This document shows positions 56,001 to 64,000 of a stretch of DNA of 64,000 bases, one piece after another. The stretch's first letter is position 1; each line of letters starts with the position of its first letter. Under the pieces are notes generated by a model, which did not search any database, was not told the origin of the DNA, and worked only from the letters and a program-made list of their open reading frames with translations. The DNA comes from Tubiluchus corallicola (taxonomy: Eukaryota; Animalia; Priapulida), in contig JAQGDQ010000038.1 in the NCBI GenBank assembly GCA_030141605.1, positions 62,001-126,000 on the forward strand, read 5' to 3'. A program made the position numbers and the translations under genes.

Positions 56001-56936
56001 GAAAACGAAAAACGTTCTGATCTAAGAGAAAGAGAAGAAAGACGAGAAGAGCTGTTGCCATTACCATTGCCACGAAGAATAAAGAGGGAGGTAAAAGAAG
56101 AACCAAATTCTTCAGAGAGCTCCGATTCGTCTGATAGTGACAGCAGCAGTTCAAGCAGTAGCAGCTCAAATAGTGACAGTAGTGACGAAGATGATTCTGC
56201 AGTTAATGAACCCGCCAACCAAAAGAAAAACACTGAAGTTAAAAGTACACAAGAACAAATTACTAAGACTACTGAAAGTACAATGCAAGTTAAAGCTTTG
56301 CAACAGAAGACACCAAAACCAGCTGAACTGGTACCAAAATCTACACCTAGGGGAACTACAAGACATACAGCATTCACAGCAAGTGATAAGAATGCTAAAC
56401 AAGTAAGTAAGTTAACCAAGCCAACTACTGAAAAACTTACAGCAGAGCCTACTAAAAGTAGGACAGCTAAGACTATACGGCCAAGACCTCTTAAAGAGAC
56501 AATAGAACAAGTTAAATTTGGACAGTCCGGCAGGATTGATAAATCAACTGCACACAAAATGATTGCATCACCAGTTAGAGTTGAACAGGCAGCCAAGACT
56601 TTAAAACGTTCAGCCGATAAACCTGCAACAAAACAAACTGAATCTTCTTCACGTAAAGTTAAAGCAGACACAGCTAAATCATCCACACCAACAAGGCACC
56701 ATAATAAACCAGCAAAAACCATGGAACAGCGCAAAGTCACAGTTTCTAAGCCTCCAGAACGGAAACAACCTCAAGAAGAGAAGCAAGAAAGTAAGCCAAG
56801 AAAGAGGCGAGGTAGCATGACCAGTGGCTCTAGTAGTGAGAGTTCTTCATCATCTTCTTCATCTACCAACTCAAGCTTGTCTAGTTCCAGTTCTTCTGAC
56901 AGTTCCGATTCAGAATCAGAAACATTTGACATTTAG
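46908..56936 (+). CDS. NCBP3: Nuclear cap-binding protein subunit 3 orthologue; 10 coding exons, 3465 nt, about 1154 aa
   Basis: Exons join in frame with GT-AG introns: 46908-47096, 47821-47975, 49297-49454, 50287-50609, 51590-51737, 52490-52561, 53224-53703, 53968-54100, 54812-54991, 55310-56936. The translation contains NCBP3 hallmark segments: RYENKAGNFITGID...RAKRF, the RRM-like SIHFWGLNNMNTNDVFTYFQDYGPAEIEWINDASCNVVWED, LLMRFAT.DKKE.G...RS.YYKKYGNPNY.GM.GVIS.S, and RMYADEIE. Confidence 0.93.
47821..47975 (+). CDS. NCBP3: NCBP3 coding exon 2
   Basis: gacag|TTG GAA AAG CGC TAT GAA AAT AAA GCT GGA translates LEKRYENKAGNFITGIDFSSEDARRRRMERAKRFGL. Donor is AG|GTAAAT. Confidence 0.92.
49297..49454 (+). 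CDS. NCBP3: NCBP3 coding exon 3 (RRM-like cap-binding region)
   Basis: tgtag|T... translates LNLPEEHMNSTELDIRKESIHFWGLNNMNTNDVFTYFQDYGPAEIEWINDAS. Donor is T|GTAAGT. Confidence 0.93.
50287..50609 (+). CDS. NCBP3: NCBP3 coding exon 4
   Basis: ttgtag|GC gives CNVVWEDAHTAARAMLHLS followed by an acidic linker. Donor is GAG|GTAATT. Confidence 0.92.
50879..51067. mobile_element. Degenerate Tc1/pogo-type MITE in NCBP3 intron 4
   Basis: Termini TA-CAGTCAA and ATTATAACAAGGTTTGACTG, with internal repeated CATTATA motifs. Confidence 0.55.
51590..51737 (+). CDS. NCBP3: NCBP3 coding exon 5
   Basis: ctag|GAT translates DKTPKHSDV...MPPGRWRLGKSYPRANVLLMRFATT. Donor is A|GTAAGA. Confidence 0.92.
52490..52561 (+). 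CDS. NCBP3: NCBP3 coding exon 6
   Basis: ttgtag|GA translates DKKEQGSEKRSLYYKKYGNPNYL. Donor is G|GTACTA. Confidence 0.92.
   Translation, partial: ETRKNKVQRREVYTTRSMAILII
53224..53703 (+). CDS. NCBP3: NCBP3 coding exon 7
   Basis: ttgtag|GA translates MTGVISESKRKQIRY... and ends in the basic NLS-like KRKRKRH. Donor is G|GTAAGC. Confidence 0.9.
53968..54100 (+). CDS. NCBP3: NCBP3 coding exon 8
   Basis: ttttcag|AA translates SEHTESDTSD...KRRMYADEIEDEIKNL. Donor is CG|GTACGA. Confidence 0.88.
54368..54459 (+). repeat. Intronic duplicate of part of NCBP3 exon 9
   Basis: Near-identical to 54870-54969 except for an 8-nt deletion (CAATACAA) and two terminal mismatches. Confidence 0.9.
54812..54991 (+). 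CDS. NCBP3: NCBP3 coding exon 9
   Basis: catttcag|C translates KKTSDMIMIT...VSQRLGPPVRQ. Donor is AG|GTAAGA, and the phases match both neighbours. Confidence 0.85.
55310..56936 (+). CDS. NCBP3: NCBP3 terminal coding exon (RS/SP-rich, poly-Ser and K/T-rich low-complexity tail)
   Basis: ttttcag|A TAT CGA opens a 1627-nt frame ending at TAG 56934-56936. It is phase-compatible with exon 9. Confidence 0.85.
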
Positions 56937-59744
56937 GCTAAACTTCTTGATGAAAATTTTGCTTCTATGGGTAATAAATTATTGCTCTTCTGTTTTCCAG
57001 TCAGCAAAGCGATACACCCTACGTTGCACCAAAGCATCTGCATCCAGCATTTTGAAATAAAAATTAAAATGAGTTTATTGTGAGTGAGTGATTAAACCAG
57101 TTTTTAGTAGTGGATGGTGGAAACCAGATGCCGGAAAATAGAAAACTTTATATTTTTAAAACGTCTGGCATTCAACATCCAGCACCTGTTCCTCAACCAA
57201 CTAATGACAACTGTGCCTGTGATCACATGACAACATCACCAATGTTTAAAATTATATAGCAAAAGTTTAAGACCATGTTGTATTTTTTGCTTTAGGGAAA
57301 TTAAAAATGAAAACCTCAACTGAATCTTAACTGAGAACGAGAACCTTGAGCATTCGGTAGGCCAACTGCAACTTGTATGTAACAATGTATGTAATAATAA
57401 CATTGAATGCTGAAAGCTGGCAGCCAGACGCTGGACACTTTGGTGTATCGTAGGCGTAATTAGTGTGAGAATGGCAAATGATTTAACACTGTTAGTCATC
57501 TCAATATATGTTAACAGATAAAGTGGAAAATGTCCAAACAAGTATTTCAATAAACCAGATGAGTGTACATTTAGTTAAGAGATGTCAGATAGGTTGTTAG
57601 GAAAAACAAAATACATGATTGATATTTTTGTAAGTCTAAAAGAGATAAATAATACTTTGCGCATTATTTGGAATTGGACAGACTGCATTTCCGCGACTGC
57701 CTCGAGCTTCTTGCACAAATGCATGTGTCACACAAAGAAAAATGTGATTTTACACATACGTGAAAAATTATTGTTCTGTTTAGCTTTAGTGGGAAAAGTA
57801 TGAAGTTTTGTTTAGATGTTTCGGAAATTTTCATGTCTTTGGCATGAAGACATTTTCCTCTTCATTTGCATTGTACACAGAGGGTTTTTGTTTTAAAATT
57901 TGTGTAAATAAATAATAGTAATGTTGTTACACTACTTAGTCATCTGCTTTCTAATTAAATTGGACAAACCAACAAGCTCTTTTGCTGCACCCTATATTAA
58001 TTAATAACTTATAGATCTTATAATGTAAATTGAGTAATTGGTGTCCCTCATTTTTTGATAGCCCAAATACTATAATTGGTGAACAATGTTAAGCTTGGTT
58101 AAGAATAAACAAAAATTAAAAAACATTTTAGGTGATTTTGCACAGGTAGATCTGAGTGAAGAAATGTAATGGAGAATAGTTTCGTTAAAATCATGCCTTT
58201 TCACGTTTCTTGCTAGCATTTTTCTATATGCGCTACAATTTCATAGCTGTATAAATATGAATTTGGCGTGCTTTCACTCAATAATAAGAATGTGGATGCA
58301 ATATTTCACAGAGTAAGGAAAAGAAACGTTTACGCCATAACAAGAAACCAAGTTTGGTATTCTCAGCGAAACGCACAGCTTCTTAAATTGCTGTTATAAC
58401 TGATGAAAATTTCGCAGCTTCTTGGACTCTATAAATTGAGGAAACTGCTGCACTTAACACACATTATACTAATATTACTTCCATGAACCATGGAATCATG
58501 CATAAAAGCTTCGTGCGTCTGTCCAATGGTGACTGCCAATTTTGACGTATCAGAGGGTCATGTAAATTTGAAGCGCAGGATGAAAAAAGAAAAGCTAGAA
58601 AACATTTTATCAATTATACTTTTAAAATTATAATGCCACAACTCCGGGTAATTAGCGTAACTCGCCTGTCGGTATTTTATTTTCGCAAACGGTAAAAGTA
58701 TTTTACGCGTATATTTTAACGATAAGCTGTAAAAGTAAGCAACAGAAAATATGTCACGAAAAAGGTAGAGTATTTTCTTTGCCTTTCGCACAGTGCTACT
58801 AACGATACAAGAGTAGATACGATATAAGATTATGCAAACTGGATGACGTACGGGTTTCTGCCACCAGACAGTATCAGCCCGTTATGTTTGATTCTTGATC
58901 GTCGCGTACCTATTCTCATACCACCTACTTAAAGACTAGACGGCATCGCAGCTCGAAGATACTTAGCAGAAGTGAAACGTGCTTAGCGTTTTTTCTCATG
59001 TAGGCTAAAATTTCTTAAACCAATCATACGGAGTTTCGTCACAGGAAGCGGTACCTCTTTATACTTCTTTAGCATACAGTCACATCTAAATATAGAAGAC
59101 AAGCCTACTCAAAGAAACAATTATAGCAACCAATACTTTATACATTTGCATGACTAAACTAGATGCGTAATTTAGTTACACCTTCGGGGCATCGTGAATG
59201 ACACACTGCTGACCCACGCCGTACCAAGGAAAATCATTTTTAGAAGGTGGAAATTACACAAATTAGTCATACAGCTACTTATATTTATGGGAAACCATAG
59301 GATTCTTTCATAATTCACACACGAGTTTAACATTTAATATCTTTGTAATTAAACAGGAACAATTTCTTCTAGATTTAGAGCTTCTTAACTATGAGTGACT
59401 TACAAGTGTTTTATAGAAGTGAATTCCTATGACAGTTACCAAAATGAAATAGAGCAAATTTTGACTTGTCTGTTAGCAGGTCCGCGTAGTGCAGCCTACA
59501 GGATAGAATTTGAGTGAAATTTTAGCCCGTTTAATTGGGACTATAAGATAATATTTCAAAAGCACCAGTTTCGGATTTAGGCCATCTTTTCAACGTATAT
59601 TTTATGATTTTAGTTTCTGATTCGAAATTTCTAATGTCGATGACAGATCTGTAGTTCAACGAAATCTGAATTTCCTATTTACTTGCTACTGATTTGCATC
59701 CTGTCTGCATATGTTAAAAGTGTTCCGGTGCATTTCAATACAAA

Positions 59745-59918
59745 ATGGCGACATCATTTAATTTTTTGATAATAACAAGCCCCATTTTCGCAAAATCAGC
59801 TAGAATGGTTCTTAAATTGTGGCTTTATGTGGTTGTGATATATGTGATGACAACAGCTATAGCAGGCTTGCCTCACGGTGATAGAGAAAAGAGGGAAACT
59901 ATGACAACCGATGCTTTG
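59745..59918 (+). CDS. MMP exon 1 (signal peptide; start at 59745 or 59805)
   Basis: Translates MVLKLWLYVVVIYVMTTAIAG LPHGDREKRETMTTDAL. Donor is TTG|GTGAGT. Confidence 0.82.
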
Positions 59919-62900
59919 GTGAGTTCTTTATGAACTTGTTTCTGTATTTCTGTTTATTTTTGAAAAATGTCATCGCTATATATTATTTTTAGTAGCCCAT
60001 ATACTTTCTCTTCATTTGCATCTTTGTGTGTTTATTTAGTGTCAAGAAACTGACTTGACATTTTTTAGGCTTGGACTTTTAATTCCACAAAACTTAATAA
60101 AGGATGAAATACTGACTGCGATTGCAGTCTAATTTGTAGAATTAAAAAATTAAAACAGCTTTTTAATTGTAAACACCCAGTTACATAATACATGTCTAAT
60201 TCAATGCAAAGCACTGCACTTGTAGGCATACTAAATACCGTCGTCAGAAATGATGACCACTTTTAATAATTTTACAATATCAAATTTATGAAGTTAAAAC
60301 TACGAACAAAGTGTTGGTATCGCAACAAGCAAACCTCGTTTTTAATGTTCTTGGTACAATATAAAGTATAACCAAAATTTGTCTATGGATTAATTGCTGT
60401 TTCAGTCACTTTTCCTGCAAAGCTGCTTTATATAATTTAATAACAAAGCTGCTTATATAATTTAATAACAATGACAGATCCTATTAGATACTGATTTAAC
60501 CAGTAGATGGCGCCAAGTGGAAGCGCAGCAAACTGAGAAAAGCCTCCGAAACATTTCCTCTAGGTCAAAGTTACCCAACAACATTAGTAAGCGTTAAATG
60601 CGTATTGCGTTGACGTAATTAGACGAAATGCAATTCAGAAAACTTAGACTTACTGCAGGAAATTGTTATTTCGGTTTTGACTATACACAGGCCTTAAAAT
60701 TGCAAAGCAGCACACTTTCAATGTTTGAACAATGGGAACAAAAATTTCTCTGAGTTTTGTTCTCTTGTTTCCACTAATAAAAATTTGATACTGACGACCT
60801 ACGATTGTTAAGGTTTCTGACATCCTAATCCGCCAATATAAATTGAGTTGGGCAGCCTATTTCATTGCAATCATACTTTCTTTTCATTGGCTTGTGTACT
60901 ACTAATCAACATCATTATCGTCTAAACTTCAAATACATAATCCTAAAGAATATTTCTATCGACAAAATACGGAACTAAATCATGCTTTCTAGCTATAAGC
61001 TATCTCAGAACAGTATTTGCTAACATCAGCTCTGCATGGGTGCAAAACTAGACCTATTTGTACAGCCTTCCATCACGGTTAACTTTTAAATGCCTATATT
61101 TATGGTACAGTTTGCCCTCACGCATGTGTCCTCCCTCTAATTAAGGTTTTGCCATAGCAAAATCTTACTGTTTTTCGTACAGTTATTTTTTATTTATTCT
61201 CCGCCACTTTAACGCTTAATAACTCGTGTAAGCCTTGCAAGTTAGGGTCACCAAACTCACAGAGGTTGGTAGCCCTGGGCTGGGCACGGACAACAGTACA
61301 GCAACCGCTGACCACTAGTCAACTCGGAAGGGCAGTGGGCAATCTTTGCAAGGCCCAGTTCTGTAAATATTGTTTGCAAAATCTTCAATTTCTGACCACG
61401 TCAGAAACATTGTCAACTAGTTATTGTTTATTATTAAACACTAATTTATGACGTTGTGCAGATCTTTTATCAATGGTTGACTTATTGGAGAGGGAAAGAA
61501 AATCGGTGAAAATCTATGGAAATAGACAGGAGTAATTCCTCCTGTTTTTAATAATTTTCAGAATATTTATCTGAAATTGTATAAGGTTTAGCCACCTAGA
61601 GTGTGACTAAAATGTTTTGTTTTAATTTAGAATTTTCTAGTCAATTTTGGTTACATTCCGAAAGAGGATATCGAGACAGGAAGTTTGAAATCAAGAGATG
61701 AGTTGCAGACAGCGGTCAAACAAATGCAGCGGTTCGCTGGTACAATAAAGCTACATTAATTTTAACTAGTTCTTTCTCATAATGTTGTACAATTGGGTCA
61801 CTACTCAAAGCAGCTCTAATTGAAATAAGAAATACATTTATACTGTACAGTGTATTACATCTTACCTGCTCTAACTTTGACCTCAAGCACCAAAAAAACT
61901 GAAATTTGAAATCGAACAAGACAGTTCATTTTATTGTATTTTACAGTCTTTTACAGTCACACGTTCACATATAGACGATACAATGCATTATATTTTCCGA
62001 CTTGAGAATTAAGCAAACTTGTTCGCTGAGACGAAAAGAGGCTAAAATGGCGAAACGCCATCCACTTATTTGAGGAGTAACTTATCAGCAATTTGCACAT
62101 AATTGTTGTATTTCGTTTGAAATAAAATTTTTGAAATTAGAAAGTGAAAGTAACAAAAGCGGAAGCTAAAAGCTTAAGCTGCTTGTCTTGACTGCTAAGT
62201 GTATGAAACTATATAATACACTCATGAAGTTTTCCACTTTATGTCCGATTTTTGGCCTAGTCTGGGCAAATAGATCCATTACAACAGGAAAAATAAGTTC
62301 ATATTTGCATTCAGGTTCAGCATTCTGAAATGCCACATTCCAGTAATTTTCAGATTAAGCAGTTAATATTAGGCCTACGGTGCCCTACATAAAGACCCGA
62401 AAAAACATAAATTGGGTTGCGTGGCAACCAGGCCATCTGTACAGAAAAAACTAATATCAGATTGCAGTCAGTACCATAAAATGCCCCTTTACTCGTAATT
62501 TTCCTGTTTAAACAGTCAATAATGAGGCATATCCCTGATGTGGACCCGGAATGCCCTAAAAGCTCATTTTTGCATTAAGTTATTATTGGAAAAAAATGGC
62601 ACCCACTTTTCTCACACTCTCTAGAGGGAAATGACTCTATTTAAACAAAAAATGAATAACTTTAGCACAAAACCCCACGGAATGACATAAAGGCCCCTGC
62701 TGTAACGAGTGTTAAGGAATTTAGAATGCTTTATCAGCTAAAACAAAGGTCGCAAAAATATCTGGGTTTTCATTTGTCAACTTTTCGAATTCCAGTAAGT
62801 TTACAAGACCAATTCCCTGATAATAACATTTAGCTGTAGACATATTGTTAACTAGTATTAAGTTATCAATTCTACAAAAGTAATTTTAAATATATTATTT

Positions 62901-63979
62901 TAGGTTTATCAAATAAGAATAAGACTGTTATACTTCTTAAATTAGCCCAATACAAACGTGAAGCATGAATAAACCAACTGAAAATACTTTTTCTATAGAT
63001 GATGAAAAAAGTACGCCAACAATGTACAACGTAAACAAGTAAAGTGGAACACTTGCGACTATAATGGCGTAAAATTGTAGAAGTGGAAACGCTGAAATAA
63101 AATAATGAAACGCGGGAAGCGTGACAGTGCTCCTAATGTTACACAATAAATGTAATTAAACAAGTGCATGTATATTGTATAATCAAGGCACAAAGATTTA
63201 AAAGTCGCTTATTTTAAACAACGCCACATACTATTTTTAAATCAGCTTAGTTGTTGCATACAGGCAAACGTATGCAAAATGAAGTTGTATTTCTGCTTTA
63301 ACTATAGCTAGAATTATATTCGTGTAGGCTATCGAGTGAATGAATGATTAATTTATGAGTAACATTCAGAGTCGCACTCAATAAATAGAATATCACGCAT
63401 TTCTAATGGTTGTCTGTTCATAAAATAAGGAAAATTCAGCGTTTCTAAAGTTTTTGCAGGTTATTTAAGTAACGAAGCAGCAGTAAATCAGCACATTTCA
63501 ATTATTAATCATCTTCAAAATAATAAAAGAGGAAGCATAATTATAATAATAGCCAAAGCACATGCGGTAAATTAAGGTGCAAAAATTAAACATATTAACT
63601 TAGTAAAATGCACCAGACAGAAGTCGGGAAAGTGTATAATTGTATGAACTATGCAATTTCAATATTACGGAGATTACGCAAATTTGTCACTCACACCAGT
63701 CAGACTTGAAATCGGTCGCACCTGATAGTCTGTACAACATATTAATTATTGTTATATTTTACAATTTGGATTGGTGTCAAGCCCATTGCGCTGCTTACTT
63801 AAATTTTCTTCATATATTTTAGGTCTTCCACAAACTGGTGAATTGGATAGAGATACACTAAGAATGATGTCAAAAGAAAGGTGTGGCAATAAGGATCCAG
63901 TATTAGCCGAAAGTGGTTCAAGAAAGAAACGTTATGTTCTGAATGGCCTCAAGTGGCATAAAACTGATTTAACATGGAC
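59745..63979 (+). CDS. Matrix metalloproteinase (M10A matrixin), 5' part: signal peptide, prodomain and start of catalytic domain; 3'-incomplete
   Basis: Exons 59745/59805-59918, 61631-61739 and 63823-63979 join in frame. They give a hydrophobic signal peptide, the matrixin prodomain FLVNFGYI...AVKQMQRFAGLPQTGELDRDTLRMM, the cysteine switch RCGNKD, a furin site RKKR, and YVLNGLKWHKTDLTW. Confidence 0.93.
60500..60515 (+). promoter_or_regulatory. CTCF-consensus-like site in MMP intron 1
   Basis: CCAGTAGATGGCGCCA fits CCASYAGRKGGCRS. Confidence 0.45.
61631..61739 (+). CDS. MMP exon 2 (prodomain)
   Basis: tttag|AAT translates NFLVNFGYIPKEDIETGSLKSRDELQTAVKQMQRFA. Donor is G|GTACAA. Confidence 0.92.
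63823..63979 (+). CDS. MMP exon 3 (cysteine switch, furin site)
   Basis: ttttag|GT translates GLPQTGELDRDTLRMMSKERCGNKDPVLAESGSRKKRYVLNGLKWHKTDLTW. Donor is AC|GTAAGT. Confidence 0.94.
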
Positions 63980-64000
63980 GTAAGTTTTGAAATATGAAAT

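Noticed and set aside
55925-56740. 271-aa antisense ORF (also 50261-50620, 53239-53632, 56166-56402)
   Set aside because: These are shadow frames of low-complexity NCBP3 exons, with no independent motifs or splice support.
61118-61140. TGTGTCCTCCCTCT resembling the 3' half of miR-1994
   Set aside because: No seed match and no hairpin.

Overview
This is AT-rich eukaryotic DNA, most likely from an invertebrate animal, with GT-AG introns. It is not prokaryotic, so most entries in the ORF track are chance or intron-spanning frames. The right third holds two + strand protein-coding genes. One is a complete 10-coding-exon NCBP3 (C17orf85) orthologue (46908-56936, about 1154 aa) with a very long RS/SP/poly-Ser C-terminal tail. 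The other is the first three exons of a furin-activatable matrix metalloproteinase (59745-63979, continuing past the window). The left 44 kb has no recognisable protein but does carry a coherent set of minus-strand splice signals: several candidate first exons, two short internal exons, and a terminal exon with a canonical poly(A) site near 5250. These suggest a multi-promoter, apparently non-coding transcript of about 39 kb, divergent from NCBP3. It contains a consensus AG|GTGAGT recursive-splice site with a 66-nt RS-exon. A further minus-strand promoter near 4500 feeds a gene that leaves the window to the left. Scattered MITE/foldback, CR1-LINE, tRNA-derived and microsatellite repeats are also present. 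All transcript models are inferred from sequence signals only.
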